A stretch of 64,000 nucleotides of DNA from positions 1,921-65,920 of the forward strand of contig JBKJUS010000214.1 in the NCBI GenBank assembly GCA_046590575.1, written 5' to 3'. This DNA comes from Mycobacteriales bacterium. GTDB lineage: Bacteria; Actinomycetota; Actinomycetes; BP-191. A program made the position numbers and the translations under genes. The notes beneath the pieces are model-generated. The model did not search any database. It was not told where the DNA came from and saw only the letters and a program-made list of their open reading frames with translations. Positions 51,549-60,000 of this stretch are shown one piece after another (position 1 is the stretch's first letter; every line of letters starts with the position of its first letter).

Positions 51549-52495
51549 GCGGCAGCCGGCTCCAGAACGGGCAGAGGCGCCTCTGCTCCGGGCCCACTGC
51601 CGTATTGACCAAAGACCCGGCCGACAGCGTCGGCCAGTGCCAGCACGGTGGCGATGGTTCCGTTCGGCGTGCCAGCAGTGTCCACAGAGGAGAGCTTGGC
51701 CGCGAGTCCACCATCGTCGCGGACCGCCTTGAGCAGACTGCCATCTCCGGACGCGGTCGGTGGCGCAGCCAGCACCACCGCCCCCCGTCCGGCAAAGGCT
51801 GTGATGACCTCGATCATGGAACGCATGGCCTGGTCCGCAGCGGCCTTGTCCGGTCCGTCGACGTCCGGCGGACCCAGCACCATCACGACCAGGTCACCAG
51901 GGCGCACTGCGGCCTTGCCGTCGACGTCCAGTAGTCCGGCTTCTCGATATCCGCTGATCAGACGCGTGGTCTTGGCGGGCACCGCCTCGCCATCGGGCTT
52001 GTCCTCGGCGTCCAGCGCGGCGGCCAGCTCCGCAGCAGCACGCGGCACAGTGCCGCTCGGAGGGGCGATGCCAGTGGCCAAGACCGTGACGAGGTCGTCG
52101 ATCTCCTCCGCGGCTTCGGGATCAATGAGTCGAGGAAGGAGCCTCAGCTGACCGGTTACCCGACCACCAGCTCTACGAATGGCATCGACCACGGAATCCC
52201 GAACGTCACCGGAGGCTGCCGGGGTGCTGATCACCGTGATCCGTTGTCCGGTAAGGCGGCCGGGCAGCACCAGCCCTCCCAGTGCAGTCGCAAAGGCATC
52301 GTCGTCGTCCACCGTCTCTTCAAGGTTCTCGATGCGCTCCTGAAGACGCGCCTTGTCCTCCGCAAGACCAGATGTGCGTCGCTTGAGGTCATCGATGATC
52401 GGTCGATCCAGCGCAGTGCTCCCGAGCACGATGCCGGTGCCGAGGGCCAAGAAGACGGCGATGATCGATACGACGTGGTATCGAAAGTCGATCAT
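51545..52495 (-). CDS. steB: MctB/SteB family protein (Rv1698-like)
   Basis: The N-terminus MIDFRYHVVSIIAVFLALGTGIVLGS matches mycobacterial MctB. Confidence 0.8.
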   Translation of the reverse strand: MIDFRYHVVSIIAVFLALGTGIVLGSTALDRPIIDDLKRRTSGLAEDKARLQERIENLEETVDDDDAFATALGGLVLPGRLTGQRITVISTPAASGDVRDSVVDAIRRAGGRVTGQLRLLPRLIDPEAAEEIDDLVTVLATGIAPPSGTVPRAAAELAAALDAEDKPDGEAVPAKTTRLISGYREAGLLDVDGKAAVRPGDLVVMVLGPPDVDGPDKAAADQAMRSMIEVITAFAGRGAVVLAAPPTASGDGSLLKAVRDDGGLAAKLSSVDTAGTPNGTIATVLALADAVGRVFGQYGSGPGAEAPLPVLEPAAA

Positions 52496-52616
52496 CGCGG
52501 GGCTGCCAGACCGGTCGTCGAACGGGACGCCTGAACTTCGAGATCAATGCACATAGCCACCCGCTAAGACTACCGACCGACGCTCGGCCTATCCGTCGCG
52601 ACACGGGAGGTCCGGC

Positions 52617-53795
52617 TCATCGCAGTCCCCGTACCCAGAAGGTGAAATCGTTCCAGCCATCGGCGATGAAGTCACCGTAAAGATCGGCAACCGGCGAGAT
52701 GGCCAGCGCCACGACCATGGTCACCAGGGCCGCCGCGACGAGCAGGATCAACGAGCTGCCCTTGATCCGGCTGCGGTAGAGACGGCTCACTCCTTTTGCG
52801 TCGACCAGCTTGCCGCCCACCCGAAGGCGAGTGAGAAAGGTCGACGCCATACCTGCGCGTCCCTTGTCGAGGAACTCCACCAACGTGGCGTGGCTGCCGA
52901 CCGCCACGATGAGCTCCGCGCCAAGCTCGTCGGCGAGGAGCATCGCGGCGTCCTCGCTGGTTCCGGCCATCGGAAAGATGGCGGCCTGCAACCCCAACTG
53001 CTCGACCCGTTGGAGACCGGGCGCCCGGCCGTCGGCGTAGGCGTGCACGACGATCTCTGCACCACCAGACAAGGTCGCGTTGGTCACCGAGTCGAGGTCG
53101 CCGATGATCACATCAGGTCGATACCCCTCCTCGACGAGCGCGTCAGCGCCTCCGTCGACGCCGATGAGGACCGGGCGGTACTCGCGGATGTACGGACGCA
53201 AGGAGGCGAGATCCTCGCGGTAGTGGTAGCCGCGTACGACGATGAGCGCATGCCGGCCCAGCATTGACGTGCGCAGCTCGGGTACTCCTACGCCGTCGAA
53301 AAGCAGGTCACGTTCCTTGCGGACGTACTCCATGGTGTTGGCTGCAAACGCTTCGAGCTGCACCGAGAGGCCGGCTCGCGCTTCGACCATCAGCGCTTCG
53401 ACTGACTCTGGTGTGTGCAACACACCCTTCGCGACGATCTGGTCACCCCGGAGAAGCGTGTCCCCGTCGACTCGCATGGGCTCTCCCTCGCGCACCCGCG
53501 CGAACACCTCTGGGTCCACGTCGTCGATGAGCGTGACGCCGGCGGCCACGAGAATCTCAGGTCCCAGGTTGGGATACCGCCCGGAAATACTGGGCGCGGT
53601 GTTCACGACCACGCGCACTCCACAGGCGACCAGCGCCTCTGCACTGACCCGATCGATGTCGACATGGTCGATGATCGCGATGTCACCTGGTTTGAGCCGC
53701 TTGGTGAGGCTCTTGGTGCTCCGGTCGAGCCGAACTACCCCCGCGATACCGGACGCAGCAACGCCCCTGCTGCGTCGCAGAGCTGCCTTCCGCAC
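52617..53795 (-). CDS. steA: putative cytokinetic ring protein SteA (Rv1697-like, thiamin pyrophosphokinase-like fold)
   Basis: The N-terminus contains KRLKPGDIAIIDHVDIDRVSAEAL, and there is a C-terminal TM helix. Confidence 0.8.
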   Translation of the reverse strand: MRKAALRRSRGVAASGIAGVVRLDRSTKSLTKRLKPGDIAIIDHVDIDRVSAEALVACGVRVVVNTAPSISGRYPNLGPEILVAAGVTLIDDVDPEVFARVREGEPMRVDGDTLLRGDQIVAKGVLHTPESVEALMVEARAGLSVQLEAFAANTMEYVRKERDLLFDGVGVPELRTSMLGRHALIVVRGYHYREDLASLRPYIREYRPVLIGVDGGADALVEEGYRPDVIIGDLDSVTNATLSGGAEIVVHAYADGRAPGLQRVEQLGLQAAIFPMAGTSEDAAMLLADELGAELIVAVGSHATLVEFLDKGRAGMASTFLTRLRVGGKLVDAKGVSRLYRSRIKGSSLILLVAAALVTMVVALAISPVADLYGDFIADGWNDFTFWVRGLR

Positions 53796-53847
53796 GACCT
53801 GGAGTCTGCCAGACCCACGGCCCCGTTGACCGCCGGCGGCGTATCGC

Positions 53848-55599
53848 TCAGGCCAGCATTTCGGACTTGGCTGCGGCAGCTACTGCTAAGAGCTCCTCGA
53901 CGTGACCGCGGGCCGCGTCGGTGTCCTCAAGGCCGGCGAGCATCCGGGACAGCTCGCGCACCCGGTCCTGATCGGACAGGACTGTGACGTCGCTCGCGGT
54001 CACCCGTCCGTCGTCGGACTTGACGACCAGGAGATGGCGGTCGGCGAACGCCGCAACCTGGGGCAAGTGCGTCACGACGACGACTTGATGGCTGCGGGCC
54101 AGCCTGGCCAGTCGGCGACCCACCTCCACCGCAGCTCGACCCCCGACTCCGGCGTCCACCTCGTCGAAGACCATCGTCGGCACGGGGTCGGCTCCTGCCA
54201 ACACAACCTCCAAGCCGAGCATCACGCGTGACAACTCACCTCCGGAGGCCCCTCGCGCGATTGGCCGGCTCGGTGCACCGGGATGCGCCGCGAGCCGGAG
54301 TTCGACGTCGTCGATCCCGTCGCGAGTAGCTGCCACCCTTCGCCCTTCGACAATCAGGCCCCCCTCGACTGTGCCTGATGTGGTGACGGCCACGTCGAAC
54401 ACCGCGTGCGGCAGAGCGAGGTCGGTCAGCTCGCGAGTGACCTGACCAGCCAGCCGAGTCGCGGCCACGTGGCGACAGTGGCTGACGTGAGCCGCCAGGA
54501 TGGCCAGCTCGGACTGCGAGGACACCTCCGCCACCCGCAGTTCCTCGAGCCGGTCGTCGTCGCCATCGAGGTCCATGAGGCGTGCTGACGCTCGGTCACT
54601 CCACGCGAGAACGCCCTCTAGATCATCTGCATACTTACGGGTGAGTGCTGCCAGCGTCGCCTGCCGCTGCTGAGCTAGCTCGAGGCGTTGTGGATCCACG
54701 TCGACGGCCGTGGCATAGGAACCGAGATCAGAGGCACAGTCGGCGAGCAAGTGAAAGAGCTCTCTCAGACGGGTCTCCAGCGAATCGAGCTCGGTGTCCA
54801 GACCGGTGGCAGGCGACAGCGCCAGCCGGGCCGCCGCGACGAGGCCGAGCGCGTCAACCCCTTGGTGATCGCTGGGATCACCGGTCAAGGCGTCGTGCGC
54901 AGTGTTGGCAGCACCACTCAGAAGGTCAGCGTGGGCCAGCCGAGCGACCAGAATGGCTAACTCCGCATCCTCACCGACCAGCGGCGCAGCAGCTGCGATC
55001 TCCGCAACGCCCAACCGCAGCAGGTCCGCTTCTTGCGCCCGCTCACGCCGACGGTGAGTGATCTCGGTCAACTCGCCGATCACCGCATGCCACCGAGCCC
55101 AAGCCAACCGGTAGGCAGCGAGGGGCTGCCCGACGTCATCTCCGGCGTATCGGTCGAGCATCGCCAGCTGCTCGGCGGCGAGCACCAGGCGCTGCTGGTC
55201 ATGCTGACCGTGCAGTGCGACCAACGACGACGTCACTTCAGCGAGGACGCCCAGCGGTACGGATCGGCCGCCGACGTGTGAGCGGGAGCGCCCTCCCTCC
55301 GCGGCTAGCGTGCGGGACACGAGGAGGACTCCGTCATCAAGGTCGGCCCCGGCTTCGGCGGCAAGAACCGCCGCCGGCCCGCCAGGCTGGACCTGCAAGC
55401 GCCCCTCGACGATTGCGCGGTCGTTACCTGGGCGAACCAATCCCGGATCCCCGCGACCGCCGGCAAGCAGCGCAAGCCCGTGGACCACCATGGTCTTGCC
55501 AGCCCCGGTCTCGCCGGTGACGACGGTGAGGCCGGGACCGAGCTCGAGCACCGCGTCATCGATCACGCCCAGACCGCGGATACGAATTTCCTCGAGCAT
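53848..55599 (-). CDS. recN: DNA repair protein RecN
   Basis: The start MLEEIRIRGLGVI ... GETGAGKTM matches the RecN N-terminus. The longest ORF begins at the TTG at 55629. Confidence 0.9.
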   Translation of the reverse strand: MLEEIRIRGLGVIDDAVLELGPGLTVVTGETGAGKTMVVHGLALLAGGRGDPGLVRPGNDRAIVEGRLQVQPGGPAAVLAAEAGADLDDGVLLVSRTLAAEGGRSRSHVGGRSVPLGVLAEVTSSLVALHGQHDQQRLVLAAEQLAMLDRYAGDDVGQPLAAYRLAWARWHAVIGELTEITHRRRERAQEADLLRLGVAEIAAAAPLVGEDAELAILVARLAHADLLSGAANTAHDALTGDPSDHQGVDALGLVAAARLALSPATGLDTELDSLETRLRELFHLLADCASDLGSYATAVDVDPQRLELAQQRQATLAALTRKYADDLEGVLAWSDRASARLMDLDGDDDRLEELRVAEVSSQSELAILAAHVSHCRHVAATRLAGQVTRELTDLALPHAVFDVAVTTSGTVEGGLIVEGRRVAATRDGIDDVELRLAAHPGAPSRPIARGASGGELSRVMLGLEVVLAGADPVPTMVFDEVDAGVGGRAAVEVGRRLARLARSHQVVVVTHLPQVAAFADRHLLVVKSDDGRVTASDVTVLSDQDRVRELSRMLAGLEDTDAARGHVEELLAVAAAAKSEMLA

Positions 55600-55638
55600 G
55601 TCAGCGATCGTAGAGCCGGTGCTGGTCAAGGGTCGCCG

Positions 55639-56523
55639 TCAAGGTGTTCGACCCCGCCAGCCCTCGACCGGTAGGGCGAACTTCGCCACTAGCCGCTCGG
55701 TGAACGACACCGGGTGGATGTGGGCCAGCCGGACGGGCAAGCTACCGGCGGAGACCTCGACGCGGGCGCCCGGCGGTACGGACGCCGTACGCCGACCGTC
55801 GCAGGTCACCACCGCGGCCGGGCTGTGCGCGAGCAACTCGACAGCCACCTCTGACGTCGGTGACAGCACGAGCGGGCGGGCGAAGAGAGCGTGGGCGCTG
55901 ATCGGCGCCATCACCAGAGCTGCTACATCGGGCCAGACGACTGGGCCTCCTGCGGAGAACGCGTAGGCAGTTGACCCGGTCGGCGTCGACACGACTAGAC
56001 CATCGCAGCCGTACCGGGAAAGCGGCCGACCGTCGACCTCCGCGACGATCTCGATCATCCGGTCCCGAGCGGACTTCTCGACCGAGACCTCATTGAGCGC
56101 CCAACTCTTCCAGGTCACTACGCCGTCGAGTCGCACGACCGCGTCGACCGTCATCCGCTCGGTCACGGTGTAGTCACCACGCAGGATGTGGTCGAGCGTG
56201 GTCTCCAATCGGTCCGGCTCACTCTCCGCCAGGAAGCCCATGTGACCGAGGTTGATGCCGAGCACCGGAACACCGACCGGACGGGCCAGTTCAGCGGCGC
56301 GCAGCAAGGTGCCGTCGCCGCCGAGAACGATGACCAGCTCCACCCCCATGGCCGCCGAATCGACGGAAACCGCCTGCACGGAGCGCGGATCGAGGTCGCC
56401 CACCTCCCCCACTAGCACGCTGACCTGCACGGCATGCTCGCGCAACACCCGCGCGACATCCACAGCAGCAGCTCGTGCCTCGTCGCGGCCTGCGTGCGTA
56501 ACGAGCAGCATGGTTCTGGTCAC
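55639..56523 (-). CDS. nadK: NAD kinase
   Basis: The GGDGT motif and NLGHMGFL are present. The GTG at 56523 overlaps the tlyA stop (GTGA); an alternative ATG lies at 56511. Confidence 0.9.
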   Translation of the reverse strand: MTRTMLLVTHAGRDEARAAAVDVARVLREHAVQVSVLVGEVGDLDPRSVQAVSVDSAAMGVELVIVLGGDGTLLRAAELARPVGVPVLGINLGHMGFLAESEPDRLETTLDHILRGDYTVTERMTVDAVVRLDGVVTWKSWALNEVSVEKSARDRMIEIVAEVDGRPLSRYGCDGLVVSTPTGSTAYAFSAGGPVVWPDVAALVMAPISAHALFARPLVLSPTSEVAVELLAHSPAAVVTCDGRRTASVPPGARVEVSAGSLPVRLAHIHPVSFTERLVAKFALPVEGWRGRTP

Positions 56524-57326
56524 TGTGGCCCCTCTCGGACGGCGCGTTCGACGTCCGCCTGGCGCAACGGCGCCGCAGCCCTGCGCAGCCACAGGAAGTA
56601 CTCGACATTACCGGCCGGCCCGGGCAGGGGGCTCGCCGTGACTCCGGCGACGCCCCAGCCGAGTGCTTGGGATCGACCTGCCACGCCGGTCACCGCTTCG
56701 GCTCGCAGCCCCGGGTCACGGACCACAGCGCCGTGCGGAAGCCGGGACCGACCCACTTCGAACTGCGGCTTGACCATCAGCAGGAGGTCCCCGTCGGCAG
56801 CAGTCACCGCGACCAGGTTGGGCAAGACGGTGCCGAGGGAGATGAAAGAAAGGTCTGCGACCACGAGGTCGACGAAGCCTCCGATGATCTCGGCGGTGAT
56901 CTCGCGGACGTTGGTCCGGTCCATCACGACGACCCGTTCGTCGGTCCGAAGCCCCCACGCGAGCTGGCCGTAGCCGACATCCGCGGCTACCACCTGTGCC
57001 GCCCCGCGGCGGAGAAGCACGTCCGTGAAACCACCTGTCGACGCACCAGCGTCGAGGCACCGCCGTCCGGCGATGGAGAGCTCGGCGAAGACGTCCAGAG
57101 CGCCGACCAGCTTGTGACCGCCTCGGGAAGCGTACGTCGCCTCCCCGCCGTCCTCCACCACCAGCGACGTGGTCTCGTCAACCCCTGTCGAGGCCTTGGT
57201 GGCCACGATCCCGCCGACTCGCACTCGGCCCGCCGCGATCGCCGTGGAAGCCTGCTCTCGACTGCGCGCAAGACCCCGGCGGACAAGCTCGGCGTCAAGC
57301 CGTCCTCGGCGCACCACGACGGCCAC
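56520..57326 (-). CDS. tlyA: TlyA family rRNA (cytidine-2'-O)-methyltransferase
   Basis: There is an S4 domain and an FtsJ-like methyltransferase domain. The sequence is nearly collinear with M. tuberculosis TlyA. Confidence 0.9.
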   Translation of the reverse strand: MAVVVRRGRLDAELVRRGLARSREQASTAIAAGRVRVGGIVATKASTGVDETTSLVVEDGGEATYASRGGHKLVGALDVFAELSIAGRRCLDAGASTGGFTDVLLRRGAAQVVAADVGYGQLAWGLRTDERVVVMDRTNVREITAEIIGGFVDLVVADLSFISLGTVLPNLVAVTAADGDLLLMVKPQFEVGRSRLPHGAVVRDPGLRAEAVTGVAGRSQALGWGVAGVTASPLPGPAGNVEYFLWLRRAAAPLRQADVERAVREGPQ

Positions 57327-57331
57327 CTCGG

Positions 57332-57508
57332 CTAACGCTCGGAAAGCCCGGCCAACGTCGCCTGAAGCACGTCGTGTACCTGATCGAAGACCTCGACGTG
57401 GGCCGCCACCGGTAGCTCCCCGATGCGGTCGATGCGCCCGCGGGCGGCCTCGACGGCGACGACGGCCTCCCGGCCCGCCGGGTCGAGATCAGCGGAGATG
57501 TCCGGCAC
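57332..57508 (-). CDS. small hypothetical protein (58 aa, GTG start), Rv1693-like by position and size
   Basis: It is not in the ORF track because it is under 60 aa. GC3 is high. Its start lies 1 nt after the upstream stop. Confidence 0.45.
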   Translation of the reverse strand: MPDISADLDPAGREAVVAVEAARGRIDRIGELPVAAHVEVFDQVHDVLQATLAGLSER

Positions 57509-57509
57509 C

Positions 57510-58043
57510 TCAGCCCGACTTCTTGGCGGGCTTCTTCACAGCGGGCTTCTTCACGGCCGGCTTCTTCACGGCCGGCTTCTTCACGGCCGGCTTCTTCACG
57601 GCCGGCTTGGTCACTGTCGTGGTTGCCGCTGACGAAGTCTGGGCAGCGCCACCGGAGCCGACCCGGAACGGTGCGGCCCGACGACCGGCCGACTTGCTGG
57701 TCGCCTTCCGCGCCGCGGTGGTCGCGAAGGCCGACGTCGTCGCCCCGACACCGCGCACAGTGGACTCAACTGCCTGGAGTCGACGCTGCAACCGAGCCAC
57801 CTCGTCCGCCGTGACCAGCCCCACGCGGCTCAATGCCTTGTCGACCTCCGTGCGCACGAGGTTCGAGACGGTCTCCCGGTTCGCCCGGCTGGCGGCAAGG
57901 AGGTCCTCGGCCAGCGTGCTCACCTGCTCGGCGGCCGCCTCCCCTTGAGCCACCAGCGCTCGGGCGGCAGCTTCGGCCCGCTGCCTCGTCACCTCAGTGA
58001 GGCCGTTGGCCAGTGCAAGGTAGTTCTTGAGCGCATCGCGCAC
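57510..58043 (-). CDS. phasin-like coiled-coil protein with a C-terminal (KPAVK)x5 lysine-rich repeat tail
   Basis: The N-terminal 120 aa is helical and phasin/PHA-granule-like. The tail is encoded by a 15-bp tandem DNA repeat. Confidence 0.6.
   Translation of the reverse strand: MRDALKNYLALANGLTEVTRQRAEAAARALVAQGEAAAEQVSTLAEDLLAASRANRETVSNLVRTEVDKALSRVGLVTADEVARLQRRLQAVESTVRGVGATTSAFATTAARKATSKSAGRRAAPFRVGSGGAAQTSSAATTTVTKPAVKKPAVKKPAVKKPAVKKPAVKKPAKKSG
57528..57617. repeat. six tandem copies of the 15-bp unit cCGGCTTCTTCACgG (the last is degenerate)
   Basis: The perfect tandem repeat was read directly from the sequence. It is in-frame and encodes KPAVK repeats on the minus strand. Confidence 0.9.
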
Positions 58044-58170
58044 CGCAGGTCTCCTTCATCCGGTCACAGTGTTAGCGGCCACGCTACCGCGGTCACGTCA
58101 AACGCCGCCGTAGCCACGCGCGCGCTGGTAGCGTCGCCCGCCATCGCCACACACGCCGGAAGGGGAGGTC

Positions 58171-58509
58171 GTGGCCACCGTCGAGGAGTGCGAACAGGCT
58201 CTGCGTCGCCTCGGCTCCCTGCTGTCCTCCGTTGACGCCGACTCCCGCCGCAAGCACGTGCTCGACCGGTCCGTCGCCTGCACCGTCCGCGACCTCAACA
58301 CCACCTTCCGTGGCGAACTTCGAGACGGCGAACTGCACGACATCCGGGTCGGCGATGCCTCCGGTGCACAGATCTCGCTCAAGGTTTCTAGCGACGACCT
58401 CGTCGCGCTGATCGAAGGACGCATGTCGTTTCCCGCGGCCTGGGCGACCGGCAAACTGCGGGTCGACGCCAGCATCACCGACCTGCTGAAGCTCCGCACC
58501 CTGCTGTAG
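58171..58509 (+). CDS. SCP2 sterol-binding domain protein
   Basis: The 112-aa protein has a GTG start with a GGGGAGG SD upstream. It carries the SCP2 C-terminal pattern (ATGKLRVDASITDLLKLRTL). Confidence 0.7.
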   Translation: MATVEECEQALRRLGSLLSSVDADSRRKHVLDRSVACTVRDLNTTFRGELRDGELHDIRVGDASGAQISLKVSSDDLVALIEGRMSFPAAWATGKLRVDASITDLLKLRTLL

Positions 58510-58515
58510 CGAGCT

Positions 58516-59637
58516 TCACCGTGGACCGGACGTGAAGTCAGCGCGTGCCCACGCCGCTGCTACGTTTGCCCGGGCACCGTCCAGCCCGTCATCGACATCT
58601 CCGTCGGCGCGCACGCATCGGGCTCCCCGGCCGTCGACAAGCACCTGCGGGTGTGGTTGCAGGAGTCCCCCAAGGTCAGCCGAGAGGTACGTCGGGCGAT
58701 GCCCCGGCGGCGCTGTCCGCAGATTCTGGAGGCTAGTCACCCCACTGAGCACCAACAGGCTGTCGCAGGAGACAGCTGACGCGCCGGCGATGTCCGTGTC
58801 AAGACGATCGCCGACCACCAGAGGCGCTCGTGCGTTCACCCGCATCAGCGCCTCGCTGTGCAGTGCTCGTTCGGGTTTGCCGGCCACCACCGGCTGTTGT
58901 CCGGTCGCCTTGGCGACAAGGGCGACGAGGGCCCCGTTGCCGGGCACTTGGCCGCGCGGCGTCGGCAGGGTGGCGTCAAGGTTCGAAGCAACCCACAGCG
59001 CACCTGCGCGGACTGCCAGCGTCGCCTCGGCGAGGTCGGCATAGGTCATCGTCGCAAGATAACCCTGCGCCACCGCAGCCGGCCGGTCATCGGCGCTTCG
59101 CACGACGTGGAACCCGGCTCCCATGACAGCGGAGTGCAGTCCTTCACCGCCAACCACCAGCACGCTCGACCCTGGCGGCAGCCGCTCTCCCAGCACCCGG
59201 GCCGCCGCCTGTGCGGCCGTGGCGATCTCCGTGGCAACCGCGGGGACGCCGATCGCGCACAGGTGCGTGGCGACCGCCTCCGGGGTGCGCGACGCGTTGT
59301 TCGTCACGAACGCCATCCGCATCCCGAGCGCGCGAGCTGCGGAGAGTGCCTCCGGTGCCCCGCTTACCGCTTTCGGGCCGATATAGAGCACGCCGTCGAG
59401 GTCGAGCAGGCCGGCGTCGTACGCCGTGGCCAGCGCGGTCTGGCAGCCGCGTAGCCAGGCCCCGGCAGTGCCGGGCGCCGGCTCACTTCTGCGCGGCAAG
59501 GGTCGCGCGGGCGCCGCGCAGTGCTTGTGCGTAGTGGCTGATGTCAGGTCGCATCGCTGCGGCGAGCGCGAGGTGCTCGACCGCCTTGGCCAGGTCGTCC
59601 GTGCGGGCGGCGGAGAGGCCGAGACCGAACTGCGCAT
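58516..59637 (-). CDS. HAD-IIA family hydrolase (Rv1692-like)
   Basis: It carries the LLDLDGVLY motif I and a C-terminal GDRLDTDI motif. The true start is unclear because no canonical in-frame start lies between 59483 and motif I; the longest ORF overlaps the TPR gene. Confidence 0.7.
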   Translation of the reverse strand: MRSSVSASPPPARTTWPRRSSTSRSPQRCDLTSATTHKHCAAPARPLPRRSEPAPGTAGAWLRGCQTALATAYDAGLLDLDGVLYIGPKAVSGAPEALSAARALGMRMAFVTNNASRTPEAVATHLCAIGVPAVATEIATAAQAAARVLGERLPPGSSVLVVGGEGLHSAVMGAGFHVVRSADDRPAAVAQGYLATMTYADLAEATLAVRAGALWVASNLDATLPTPRGQVPGNGALVALVAKATGQQPVVAGKPERALHSEALMRVNARAPLVVGDRLDTDIAGASAVSCDSLLVLSGVTSLQNLRTAPPGHRPTYLSADLGGLLQPHPQVLVDGRGARCVRADGDVDDGLDGARANVAAAWARADFTSGPR

Positions 59638-59968
59638 AGTCGTCGGCTGGGTTCACCCCGATGATCCATTCGAACGTGTCGCGAGCCTCGGCGTACATGC
59701 CGGCGTCGAACTGCGCCCGAGCGAGGGCTTCGCGCACGCTGCGGGACTCAGGCTCGTCACTCACGACTCGCTTGAGCAACTCGATGGCTGGGTGCGGGCT
59801 GCCCGCGTCAATGAGCTCGACGGCGCGCTGGAACCAGTCGTAGGCCTCACCCTGCGGGAGCACATCCGGGGGCGGCGGCTCAAGGTCGGCGTACGGGTGT
59901 GGCGGGCTGTTCATCTCGTCGTCGTCGTCGTAGGCCACTCGCCCACCTCCTCGCCTTGGTCGGGTCAC
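59483..59968 (-). CDS. tetratricopeptide repeat protein
   Basis: There are three TPR-like helical repeats after an acidic/Pro-rich N-terminus. Confidence 0.6.
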   Translation of the reverse strand: MTRPRRGGGRVAYDDDDEMNSPPHPYADLEPPPPDVLPQGEAYDWFQRAVELIDAGSPHPAIELLKRVVSDEPESRSVREALARAQFDAGMYAEARDTFEWIIGVNPADDYAQFGLGLSAARTDDLAKAVEHLALAAAMRPDISHYAQALRGARATLAAQK

Positions 59969-60000
59969 CGCACTCGCCGGATCTCACTACGATCGAGCAC

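Noticed and set aside
57528-57617. 15-bp tandem repeat as a CRISPR array or minisatellite mobile element
   Set aside because: The repeats are contiguous with no spacers and in-frame within a CDS, where they encode KPAVK repeats. No cas genes are present.
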